From: Desulfobacterales bacterium
Lineage (GTDB): Bacteria; Desulfobacterota; Desulfobacteria; Desulfobacterales; UBA11574
Length of the DNA stretch: 33,361 nt
NCBI GenBank assembly: GCA_030145595.1
Contig: JAQYVG010000003.1
Span: 1 to 33,361, forward strand
Reading direction: 5' to 3'
Part shown: in pieces, positions 8,391 to 17,114 of the stretch
How the letters are laid out: each line of letters begins with the position of its first letter
Position numbering within the stretch: the stretch's first letter is position 1
Notes under the pieces: model-generated
Told to the model about the DNA's origin: nothing
Databases searched by the model: none
What the model saw: only the letters and a program-made list of their open reading frames with translations
Program-made: the position numbers and the translations under genes

Positions 8391-9356
8391 CTATTTTTTG
8401 GGGCTAACAACAGATTTGGGCGATTGATACATTCCTTTGATTTTATAATACAAATCATACAGATGGACGGCCATGATCGCCGTGATCAACCTGGGCACCC
8501 ACAGCCAGAAAGCACTGAGTCCTAACGGTAGAAACAGCGCCGGATCCTCGACCATAGAATGATTGATCCCGATGGAAAAATGGAGTCTTTCAAGCTCTCG
8601 GGCGGTAAGATTTCCTTCTTTGGCTTCTTCCACTATCACCGCGCCTCCATAAGCAACCCCGAATACGGTTGCCGTCAGCCATAATATGCCGACTCTTTGG
8701 TCCAGACCCATGGTCTTTAAGAGAGGAGTCAATATCTTAACGAGATGAGGAATCAGGTTGAAGCTTTTCATGGTTTCAAGAATTATCATTAACACCATGA
8801 TGATAACGAAAATCTTGAAGCTAAGATACAGCATCGCTACAAACCAGCTTTTCAGCATAATCAGCATAGGCGGATGGACTGCAACCGACGCGCCTATTGG
8901 TGCAGGCGTTGCTGAGTCCGGTTTGATGAAAAAAGAGATCGCCGTTACGGTTACGATAGAAGCTGTCAGGCGCAAAAGGGTGGCTCTAACCGGGTTCAAG
9001 CCCGACTTTCCCTGAATAACCCCTTCTTGTATTAGATTATGGGAAATGAGCACAAAATTAGCGATAAGCGTCATCTGTACAATGGTAAGAGGAAGCATGG
9101 CCATGGCGGCAATGCATCCGTATATTCCGGTCAGCATACCGGCAATAAGCGGCAGGGCGGCTACCGGCGGCAGGTCCAGCAGGTTCATGCCGGGTTTTAA
9201 AAGAAAATCTATTTTATATAACCAGCCGCTGTATTCAAGCAGAGCGGTCAAGAAAGATATGGGTATAAGGATTTTGAGCATCCAGATAAACCCGCTCAAC
9301 CCTTTTTTAACACCGGACCTCAGACTCTGCTTAACTGTGCGTTGAATGTTTTGCAT
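8391..9356 (-). CDS. Polytopic membrane protein with nucleoside-recognition (Gate) type domains
   Basis: Multiple hydrophobic helices. 'LKILIPISFLTALLEYSGWL...LPPVAALPLIAGMLTGIYG' resembles Gate-domain proteins (FeoB C-terminal / YlbJ-like). Start set to ATG 9356, 4 nt after the upstream gene stop. ORF-track start 9398 would overlap it by 38 nt. Confidence 0.6.
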   Translation of the reverse strand: MQNIQRTVKQSLRSGVKKGLSGFIWMLKILIPISFLTALLEYSGWLYKIDFLLKPGMNLLDLPPVAALPLIAGMLTGIYGCIAAMAMLPLTIVQMTLIANFVLISHNLIQEGVIQGKSGLNPVRATLLRLTASIVTVTAISFFIKPDSATPAPIGASVAVHPPMLIMLKSWFVAMLYLSFKIFVIIMVLMIILETMKSFNLIPHLVKILTPLLKTMGLDQRVGILWLTATVFGVAYGGAVIVEEAKEGNLTARELERLHFSIGINHSMVEDPALFLPLGLSAFWLWVPRLITAIMAVHLYDLYYKIKGMYQSPKSVVSPKK

Positions 9357-9360
9357 TTCA

Positions 9361-10650
9361 TCACTGCTTCGGACTGCAGGCAATGCCGTCCGATACAAGA
9401 TGCTTAAGCTTTTGCTGCAGAACCCTGTAAGAAAAAAAACGTTTTGCTATTTCGTAGTTTTTCTCTACCATGGCCTGGCGGCGTTGCGGATTCTCTAATA
9501 CCTCCCGCGTCTGACTTACAGCCTCCTCGGACACATACCCGTCGATCTCAATCACATCAAAGCCCTTGGGCTGGATATCAAATGAATAAATTGAATAATT
9601 GTTCACAACTATCGGTTTTTTAAAATATATGGCTTCAAGAAAGGCATTCCCAAACCCTTCAAAATTGGACGGATAGGTTACCAGGTCGGCATGGGGATAA
9701 ATATCATCCAGGGTGTAGATTTTTTTCCCTTGTTTAGTATACTCTCTGCATTCATTGACAATGCCTGACGCAAACATCGTATCAACCTTCAAAAGTTTGG
9801 AATATTCCTTGACCCTATCTTCATAATCGTAACCTTCATCCCCGGAAGCATGGGAAATAACCAGTCTGGCTTTCTTGCCCAGCCTGTGCACAATTTCGAT
9901 GGCATGTTCAATCCCTTTGCGCTTAACAACCCGGGTCGGCTGAAGGATTAAAAGCTCGTCTTTCTCAAGACCGAGAGAATGTCGCACATCGGAAGCATAA
10001 TCATCAACCGGCGGCGGCGGGTTTTCAAAATCCATGACATTCGGGATAGTAGTTGACGAAATACCGGTCCTGAGGCTTAATTGATTGTCAGCCGAAGAGT
10101 TGATAACCACATGCTTCATTGACGGCAAATGGGGCGGAAACGCCATATTCAGGTATTCCCAGACCGCATTCGTAAGAAAATGCTTGCGCTCCCAGAAAAA
10201 ATCGTGATGGTGGGCTATTGCCGGCATTCCTGTTTCAGATATCACCTCTGTAATAGCTATACCAAGGGGGACATTCAGCGGAATCGTCAGCGAATTTTCC
10301 GGCACTAAAAGTTCTATATTAAATTTTTCGATAAATCTGTAAAGTTCGTCTTTTAACTTTTCTTTAAATTCATAAATTTTTTTCGTAAGGCGTCGCTCGC
10401 GCTTGCGGACACCAAAGCAGTTTTCGTAAATATCTCGAATTTCAGGATGGCGAAAATACGCTTCTTCTACCAGATAGGAACGATCTTCCGGACGGTCGAG
10501 TCTTCCGGCAAAGTAATAGCAGTTACACCCATTCTTTTCAAAAACATCAGCCCATTTTGCGGCCTCCAGGGAAACGCCGTCCGTCCCCGCAAGACGTGTT
10601 GCAACAAATCCGATATTGTGTTTCTGACCGCAGATTTCACAGTGACTCAT
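9361..10650 (-). CDS. Glycosyltransferase family 4 (GT-B, group 1)
   Basis: C-terminal E-x7-E motif 'EGFGNAFLE' and a GT4-like N-terminus 'IGFVATRLAGTDGVSLEAAKW'. AAGGAG RBS. Confidence 0.7.
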   Translation of the reverse strand: MSHCEICGQKHNIGFVATRLAGTDGVSLEAAKWADVFEKNGCNCYYFAGRLDRPEDRSYLVEEAYFRHPEIRDIYENCFGVRKRERRLTKKIYEFKEKLKDELYRFIEKFNIELLVPENSLTIPLNVPLGIAITEVISETGMPAIAHHHDFFWERKHFLTNAVWEYLNMAFPPHLPSMKHVVINSSADNQLSLRTGISSTTIPNVMDFENPPPPVDDYASDVRHSLGLEKDELLILQPTRVVKRKGIEHAIEIVHRLGKKARLVISHASGDEGYDYEDRVKEYSKLLKVDTMFASGIVNECREYTKQGKKIYTLDDIYPHADLVTYPSNFEGFGNAFLEAIYFKKPIVVNNYSIYSFDIQPKGFDVIEIDGYVSEEAVSQTREVLENPQRRQAMVEKNYEIAKRFFSYRVLQQKLKHLVSDGIACSPKQ

Positions 10651-10685
10651 CTTGCGCTCCTTGTTTGCGAGACCTTTGCAGGCCC

Positions 10686-10733
10686 AAAAAAAACGCTTTT
10701 CCCCTTAATCTCGGCATGCGGGAAAAACGCTTT
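10686..10733 (-). terminator. Rho-independent terminator after the FHA/kinase operon
   Basis: Minus-strand RNA: GCGUUUUUCCC-loop-GGGGAAAAGCG (about 10 bp including one G-U pair), followed by U8. Confidence 0.6.
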
Positions 10734-10803
10734 AATGTTGTATCCAATCTTGCTCTACACCCTTATTCAGGCGGGACATTCTCAGGTAAACCGGATCGTA
10801 TTA

Positions 10804-11508
10804 TTATTTCTCAGTGTAAAACTGCAGCTTGACCGAACCTACCTCGATTTCATCGAAGTCTTCAAGAGCGACCGACGCTTTTACAGTCTCACCATTGACC
10901 TTCGGTTTGGTCATACCACCCACATAACTTAATGAATATCCTTGGGGTCTCTTGCTTATGGTTGCAGCGGTCGCCCCCATCATGAAGCCGCCTATCACAA
11001 TATCACAAGTGTCACTCTTCCCTATTTTGGTAAGCTTCTTGACAAGCTTTATTTCCCCCTCACCGCCGCTCAGATATGACAGCATACCTACCGGTTCCTT
11101 GGCCTCTGCCGTTGCACCCTTGGGTATGGCCTGGGCCAGCATATCCCGATATTTGTCCGTATCCATAACCATGGTCTGATCCATGCTGGCGGCAGCTTCA
11201 TCCGGTTGTTTCTCACCTTCATCGTAAGTAAAGATCAGGGTATGCTTGCCGATAAGAATGTTGTCGCCATCTTTAAGCCAGTGAGATGAAACAAGTTCCT
11301 TGTTTACAAAGGAACCGTTTTTACTTTGCAGGTCCGTCAGTAAAAATCCTTCACCCACAGAGTCTATCTTGGCATGATGCCCGGAAACAGCGAGGTTCTC
11401 GATCGGCACATTGTTACTTGCCTTCCGACCTACCGTCATAGACTGCCCCTCTTCAATGCGATAAGTAGCGATGGTGTTATCTTTGAATGTAAGTGTCAAA
11501 GTCGGCAT
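10804..11508 (-). CDS. FHA-domain protein (canonical N-terminal FHA plus degenerate FHA-like C-terminal module)
   Basis: N-terminal 'TVGRKASNN...VSGHHAKI...DLQSKNGSFVN' carries the GR / S-x-x-H / S-x-NG signature. The C-terminal 'IGKSDTCDIVI...KVNGETV' follows the FHA pattern without the pThr-binding residues. Confidence 0.85.
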   Translation of the reverse strand: MPTLTLTFKDNTIATYRIEEGQSMTVGRKASNNVPIENLAVSGHHAKIDSVGEGFLLTDLQSKNGSFVNKELVSSHWLKDGDNILIGKHTLIFTYDEGEKQPDEAAASMDQTMVMDTDKYRDMLAQAIPKGATAEAKEPVGMLSYLSGGEGEIKLVKKLTKIGKSDTCDIVIGGFMMGATAATISKRPQGYSLSYVGGMTKPKVNGETVKASVALEDFDEIEVGSVKLQFYTEK

Positions 11509-11524
11509 TGCAGTACCCTCATTT

Positions 11525-12343
11525 TTAATGAAATATTTTTTTCATAATCTGTGAAATCATTCCCATGATTCCGCCTTTTTCATTATCAGCTTTTATTTTT
11601 ACTACAATAACGGTTATATTATCATCTCCACCACGCTCATTGGCTAAATCTACAAGCGTCTGGCAGGCCTTTGCAGGCTGTTCTGCTTTGACAATATCGA
11701 GAATTTCTTCAGGAGATACCTTGTCGCTAAGGCCATCGGAACTGATGGTCAGAATATCGCCTTTAAAACATTGGATCTCACAGACATCAGCTTCTACCGT
11801 TGCTTCAACCCCCATGCCCCGGGTGAGCATGTGTCTAAAGCGCGGGTCCAGTTTCTGGGCCATTTCAGGATTGATCGCCATCTGCTCTGACATCACGTTG
11901 TGGGTCACGGACAGCAGTTCGATGCCTCCGTCATGCACCAGGTATACCGGGCTGTCACCCACATTGGCCACAATCATAGTATCGCTGGTAAAGAAGGCCG
12001 CCGATACGGTGGAACCCATCCCTTTATAGTCTTCATTACTTTGTGCTACCTGGTGGACACCTTGGTTGGCCATGTTGATACTGGAAAGCAGCCGGTTGGC
12101 CTCTTTGGAAAGGGTTTCGTCGGGGTCCTCCATCTCTTCGACATCGCCCTCCTCTTTGAAACGCTTCATGTAATCTCGTATGGTATCTACCACCAGCGCA
12201 CTGGCCACTTCACCGGCCAAGTGTCCACCCATGCCGTCGGCCACCATGTAAAGCTTCAGGTCATCATCAAGATAGAAAGAATCTTCGTTGCCTGTCCTTT
12301 TTTGACCAACATCAGTAATTGCTGCAGATTCTATGGCAATCAT
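11525..12343 (-). CDS. PP2C-family Ser/Thr protein phosphatase
   Basis: 'DVGQKRTGNEDSF', 'ADGMGGH', 'SSDGLSD' and 'GGDDNITVIV' form the full PPM metal-binding motif set. Confidence 0.92.
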   Translation of the reverse strand: MIAIESAAITDVGQKRTGNEDSFYLDDDLKLYMVADGMGGHLAGEVASALVVDTIRDYMKRFKEEGDVEEMEDPDETLSKEANRLLSSINMANQGVHQVAQSNEDYKGMGSTVSAAFFTSDTMIVANVGDSPVYLVHDGGIELLSVTHNVMSEQMAINPEMAQKLDPRFRHMLTRGMGVEATVEADVCEIQCFKGDILTISSDGLSDKVSPEEILDIVKAEQPAKACQTLVDLANERGGDDNITVIVVKIKADNEKGGIMGMISQIMKKIFH

Positions 12344-12567
12344 AATTGATACTGTAAGGCTAGACTGTTTATCTGGATATAAAACAAACCGTGCTTATCG
12401 AAGGCTCGATAAACTCTGGGTTTATCATTGAAACTTTTGACAATTAATCTACCTATTAAGATAGGTGACCTATATTACAAAAATACAGTTAGGTCAAGTA
12501 TTTCGTTGCCGGGCGCAGCTATACCACCAGCGGCCGTCATTGAGAGATCTGTAAAATTCGCTTAAGA

Positions 12568-15099
12568 TTATCCCGATGTCTTTTTAGCCATAACAGCATC
12601 GATCTTTTGCCCGAGCATTCTTAGATGGCTGCACAACTGGGACGCATTTTTATAACGCTTTTCGCGGTCCTTTGCCAGGGTATTGCCGATTATGGTTACA
12701 AGCGGTTTTACAATTTTGGGGTTGAATTTTCTCGGGTCCGGATGAGGAACATTCATTATCTGGTTCATCAAGGCCATAGGGTTTTCGCCGCGAAAAGGGA
12801 GTTCGCCGGTAAGCAGCTGAAACAGCATGACCCCGACTGAAAAGATATCAGATCTTCCGTCGACCTTTTCACCGGCAAACTGTTCCGGTGACATGTAGTA
12901 GGGGGTCCCCTTGACTACGCCGGACTGGGTATGGGAGGTTGCCGCGATTCTGGCAATGCCGAAATCGGTAATTTTTACAACACCTGTTTTCAAAAGCATT
13001 ATATTGGCCGGTTTGATGTCTCGATGAACGATCCCTATCTTGTGAGCATACTCCAGCGCATCGCTGATGTCAGCAATATAGTCAATAACCTTACGCATGG
13101 GCAGGAGTTTATCTTTTTTGGTATATTTACTCAGGTCTTCACCTTCTAAAAATTCCATGGCGATGTAGGCCAAATCCTGCTCATCACCGGCATCGTAAAT
13201 GGTTACGATATTGGGGTGCGAGAGGGTCCCGGCACTTTCAGCCTCCCGGAAGAACGCCTCTTTCATCTTCTCGGCTTCTTCGGGCTCGAAGTCATCGGCA
13301 AACCGTACAGTCTTGATGGCGGTGGTCCTGTTAATGCGCGGGTCCTGGCCCAGGTAAACCATACCCATGGCACCTTTGCCCAGTTGTTTGAGCACTTCAT
13401 ACCTGCCCAAGGTCGGGCGGGTACCGGTAGTGCCGGACAAAAGTTCGTCTCTTGGAGGTCCGCTCAGGAAACCGTCACCGAATATCATGGTCTCGCTGGT
13501 CTGAACCAACTTCTTTTTGCGTTCAGTCACATCCTTGAATTTGGCATCATGTTCTTCAATATATTCAAAAACGGAAGCCGCTTTATTATATTGCCGTTTT
13601 CTTTCGTAGTCCAAGGCAAGGTTGTAGAGGACATCCTTCATTTCGTCGTCCACCGGTACCCGGCGCAGCTTGTCAAAGGCCATGTCCAGCATCCCCTGGC
13701 TTTGAAATGAAAGTCCCAGCATTCGATTTGTTTCAGCAGATTCAGCTTCCACCTTTTCTTTGCGAGTCTCGGTTACAAAATATTTGATACTGACCACACC
13801 GATGTAGCCCAAAACAAGCTGCAAGAATGGGTAAGTAATCCAAACCCAAAGGCCGCCTGAAACAAATAAATAAGTCGATCCCCCAGTAAGGACAATCAGC
13901 AGAATAAAAAAAACAAGACCCGCAATCCCGGCTTTTACTCTCGGCAAAACAAAGGTGATTATCAGCCCTAAAACAAGTATCATCACAAGCTCTGCGGATG
14001 AACCCCAGGCAGGCTGTTGAATAAATTGTTTGTTAATAATGGACCAGATGGTGTTGGCAGAGAGTTCCCCATCAGGCATGATTGGATCGGTGGGTGTACT
14101 GAACAGATTCCCGATTCCCGCAGCAGATGCGCTTACTAAAACAAGCTTGTTTCTAAAGACGCTCGCAGAAACCTTGTCGTTGATGACGTCAAAAAAGGAA
14201 TAGCTCTTAAAAGAGCCGCGGGGACCTTTGAAGCTGATCATCATCTCAGTACCCCAGGTAGTCGGAATCTCCAGGCTGCCCAGATAAACGGCCGAACCCA
14301 AAACAGCCCGAATTTCACTGGTTGGCAGGTTCAGATACTCGGCCGCCAGCTTTACCGTATATGAAGGGATGTAGAGTCCTCGATATTCATATAAAAGCCG
14401 CTCACGCCTGGCCGTTCCGTCCATGTCAGGCGCTATGTTGATGTGGCCGATTCCTGTGGATGCTTTGAACAGGGTGTCAAAGGGCAGGGCTATTTCAGCG
14501 GCCCTGGGGGCACCCAACCCCTCAGGATCACTAACCATCCGGATAGATTGATCAATAATGCTCTCGTCGGTTTCTGCCGGGCCTTCAATGCCCGCCGCTG
14601 ACATTTTGAAAAAAACCGGGAGAACAACGTTGCCGGCTGCATGCAGCGACGCGGTTAATATTTGGTCGTTATCCAGCCTTGCCTGGGATTCCCTCATGGT
14701 CTCTAGAAACATTAGCCCTTGTTCGCCGGTGAGATCCAGCATCGTTTCGGAAAAAAGTGCATCGAGATTCTTCAACACCTTTAAGCCGGTGCTTTCCTCG
14801 GCTTCACTTAAAATAATATTGAGCCCGATAACTCTGGGTTTGCCTGCACTTATTTTTGTAATGCCTTGGGCTAATAGGGAGCGGGGCCAGGGCCAACGCC
14901 CGATCTTCTCAATGGAGTCGTCATCAATATCCACAATGACAATATCACTCGGACTCTGGGGATCACTCCTCAACTCCATCATTACATCGTAGAATTTGAA
15001 TTCCAATGTGTCGAGAACATTCATGCTGAACAACACGATAAAGATGACCGTTATAACCAGGCCCAGAGCTTTTTCCGGATGTCTTTTGAGAATGTCCAT
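12568..15099 (-). CDS. CHASE2 sensor domain / transmembrane / C-terminal Hanks-type Ser/Thr protein kinase
   Basis: N-terminal TM helix followed by the CHASE2 hallmark 'IVIVDIDDDSIEKIGRWPWPRS'. A block of TM helices sits mid-protein, followed by a TPR-like helix pair. Kinase motifs: 'LGKGAMGMVY', 'AIKTV', 'HRDIKPANIM', 'DFGIA', 'YMSPEQ'. Confidence 0.9.
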   Translation of the reverse strand: MDILKRHPEKALGLVITVIFIVLFSMNVLDTLEFKFYDVMMELRSDPQSPSDIVIVDIDDDSIEKIGRWPWPRSLLAQGITKISAGKPRVIGLNIILSEAEESTGLKVLKNLDALFSETMLDLTGEQGLMFLETMRESQARLDNDQILTASLHAAGNVVLPVFFKMSAAGIEGPAETDESIIDQSIRMVSDPEGLGAPRAAEIALPFDTLFKASTGIGHINIAPDMDGTARRERLLYEYRGLYIPSYTVKLAAEYLNLPTSEIRAVLGSAVYLGSLEIPTTWGTEMMISFKGPRGSFKSYSFFDVINDKVSASVFRNKLVLVSASAAGIGNLFSTPTDPIMPDGELSANTIWSIINKQFIQQPAWGSSAELVMILVLGLIITFVLPRVKAGIAGLVFFILLIVLTGGSTYLFVSGGLWVWITYPFLQLVLGYIGVVSIKYFVTETRKEKVEAESAETNRMLGLSFQSQGMLDMAFDKLRRVPVDDEMKDVLYNLALDYERKRQYNKAASVFEYIEEHDAKFKDVTERKKKLVQTSETMIFGDGFLSGPPRDELLSGTTGTRPTLGRYEVLKQLGKGAMGMVYLGQDPRINRTTAIKTVRFADDFEPEEAEKMKEAFFREAESAGTLSHPNIVTIYDAGDEQDLAYIAMEFLEGEDLSKYTKKDKLLPMRKVIDYIADISDALEYAHKIGIVHRDIKPANIMLLKTGVVKITDFGIARIAATSHTQSGVVKGTPYYMSPEQFAGEKVDGRSDIFSVGVMLFQLLTGELPFRGENPMALMNQIMNVPHPDPRKFNPKIVKPLVTIIGNTLAKDREKRYKNASQLCSHLRMLGQKIDAVMAKKTSG

Positions 15100-15158
15100 A
15101 TTAAATCCCTCGGCTCCCTATATTTAACCTCGATAGAGCGTAAATCCTTAGTGTAGCG

Positions 15159-17015
15159 TCAAGCATCATATCTGCGGGTCTTATCATCAAATTCGACCTC
15201 TTGCACCAAAGCAACGCTGTGAAACTCTAGGATTGTTTGCGGAGCAAGCTGTATTTTTGCACCATTGTTTAAGGTTACACCAGTGGCGAGCACTCTTTTT
15301 TCGTCGACCTTGATACCATTTTTGCTGCCCAAATCACGGATATAGAACCGGCCGTCATCAAAATAGATCTCGCCGTGCTTCCGCGATACCGACCGGTCCG
15401 GAATACAAATCGTATTATCGCTGCTACGCCCGATAAGCGTAGTCCCGGCAACCTTAAAACTTTTCCCGGTCTCAAGGCTATCGCTCTCGACGACTTTAAC
15501 CGCAGCGGGCGGCACCGTCTGCAGATCTTGATCATCCTCCATAAAGACGGTTTCATCTTCTATGTCCGCTGCCGGCACTTCATCCAAAGCCGTGGTTTTG
15601 TCCGGCTTGACCGGGACCACAACCGTCTGCCGTTGCCTGTTGATAAACCACCAGGTAATCCCGCCGGCAAGGGCCAGCAGTACAACGAGTCCGGCGATCC
15701 AGGTCATCGCAGGTTGCGCTCTTTGGTCCTTACCGGCAGCCGGCGGCGGTGCCGGCCGGGTCAATCCAGCCACTTTTAGAGTCATCTCGGCTGATCCGGT
15801 CCGTCCGTTGACGTCGATGGCTTCGACACGCAAGATATGGAGTCCGCCGGGAAGTCCGGCCGTATCCCAGTGAAAAATATCAAACGGAGCAGTTGCACGC
15901 TCTTCTTTTAGGCTGGCACCTACATAGTATCTTACTTTGGCAATCGCTCCCTGCGGTTTGATGCTTGTTTTTACCGTTACAACGCCTTTGACATGCTCGG
16001 CTGTACCCGGCTCGACAAAGCTAATGCTCAGCGGCCGGGAAACCGGCAGCGGCGGTGACCAGAAACGCTTTTCATCCTGCCTGCGGGCACCTGCATGCTG
16101 AACCTTCATTACCAGCGTGTGCTCTCCACTTGGACTGTGAGTAATATAGGTAATTAGATACTGATTTTTCAGTTGATTGGCTATGGCCCGGTAAAGCCCC
16201 TGAAGATCGGATAGAGAAGTCGCCAACAGATTCCGCCCTCCGGTGAAACTGGCTATGCGACCGAGTTCCCGGGCATCAACCTTGGGGCCCACTCCGATAG
16301 TAAAAATCGGTACGCGAATAGATTTGGTGGTGGCGACATCGATCACATCGTTGGCCGTGTGCATACTGCAGGCACGCCCTGCTTTCTCATCCTTACCGTC
16401 CGTGAGCAGGATGATTGCCCGCCTTCCTCTGGGAATCTCTGCTGCTTTTTGAACAGCCTCAAAAGCTGTATCATATAAACACGTGGCTGCATTCGGTTTG
16501 GCGGCCAGTGCATTAACGGCCTTAATGACCGCGTCGTGATCGGTTGTAAAATCCACTTTTAGGCTCGGTTCATTATTGAAACTAAAAAGTGCCACCCGAT
16601 CATCCCGGGACAACATGGAAATGAAATTGACAGCAGCCTTTTTAGCTGCGGTCATCGAGGTCTGGCCGGCACTCCTGGCCTGCATGCTTCCGCTAGTATC
16701 AATGGCTAGCACAACGGTCATAGGATCGGTGGCGGGAGACACATCGTCAACGGTAACCTTCCTGCCGTCTTCAAGAATTTCAAAATCTGTGTCCGACAGC
16801 CCCAAAACGGGATTATTATCAGCAGCGGTCACACTGGCATATACGCGCACCTGATTTGCAGACTTGTCGGCAGCCGTTACGGTCTCGATATAGTTGATGG
16901 TCAACTCTTTGATGGATTGGCCCCACGCCGGCACAGTCATGGTAACCACTACCAATAAGCAGACTGTCAGGTATATTTTAACTTTACAATTCAAGCGGTT
17001 TTGCTCCACCGGCAT
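15159..17015 (-). CDS. Signal/TM - vWA domain - Ig-like domain - TM helix - C-terminal FHA domain protein
   Basis: MIDAS 'VLAIDTSGSM' plus 'LLTDGKDE'. TM helix 'WIAGLVVLLALAGGITWWFI'. FHA 'LIGRSSDN...VSRKHGEI...DLGSKNGIKV'. Start set to ATG 17015, preceded by GGAGGAGG. Confidence 0.85.
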   Translation of the reverse strand: MPVEQNRLNCKVKIYLTVCLLVVVTMTVPAWGQSIKELTINYIETVTAADKSANQVRVYASVTAADNNPVLGLSDTDFEILEDGRKVTVDDVSPATDPMTVVLAIDTSGSMQARSAGQTSMTAAKKAAVNFISMLSRDDRVALFSFNNEPSLKVDFTTDHDAVIKAVNALAAKPNAATCLYDTAFEAVQKAAEIPRGRRAIILLTDGKDEKAGRACSMHTANDVIDVATTKSIRVPIFTIGVGPKVDARELGRIASFTGGRNLLATSLSDLQGLYRAIANQLKNQYLITYITHSPSGEHTLVMKVQHAGARRQDEKRFWSPPLPVSRPLSISFVEPGTAEHVKGVVTVKTSIKPQGAIAKVRYYVGASLKEERATAPFDIFHWDTAGLPGGLHILRVEAIDVNGRTGSAEMTLKVAGLTRPAPPPAAGKDQRAQPAMTWIAGLVVLLALAGGITWWFINRQRQTVVVPVKPDKTTALDEVPAADIEDETVFMEDDQDLQTVPPAAVKVVESDSLETGKSFKVAGTTLIGRSSDNTICIPDRSVSRKHGEIYFDDGRFYIRDLGSKNGIKVDEKRVLATGVTLNNGAKIQLAPQTILEFHSVALVQEVEFDDKTRRYDA

Positions 17016-17114
17016 CGCCTCCTCCCCAAACTTATAAAGTATAATTAAAGGCCCTTTAAGTGTCAACTGGAACAACGAGACCTTTGAACTGAAACAGCAG
17101 AATTGATTGGGAGT

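Noticed and set aside
9361-9398. 38-nt overlap between the GT4 gene and the downstream membrane-protein gene
   Set aside because: An in-frame ATG at 9356 (MQNIQRTV...) lies 4 nt after the GT4 stop, which removes the overlap. The longer ORF-track start is probably an artefact.
10447-10932. 161-aa plus-strand ORF spanning the GT4 start, the terminator and the FHA gene end
   Set aside because: It crosses an intergenic terminator and is antisense to two well-supported genes. It has no motifs.
13216-13710. 164-aa plus-strand ORF, together with 14558..14992, 15375..15779, 25505..26005 and 1477..1863
   Set aside because: All are antisense to long CDSs with complete catalytic motif sets (kinase, vWA protein, response regulator, sigma-54 activator).
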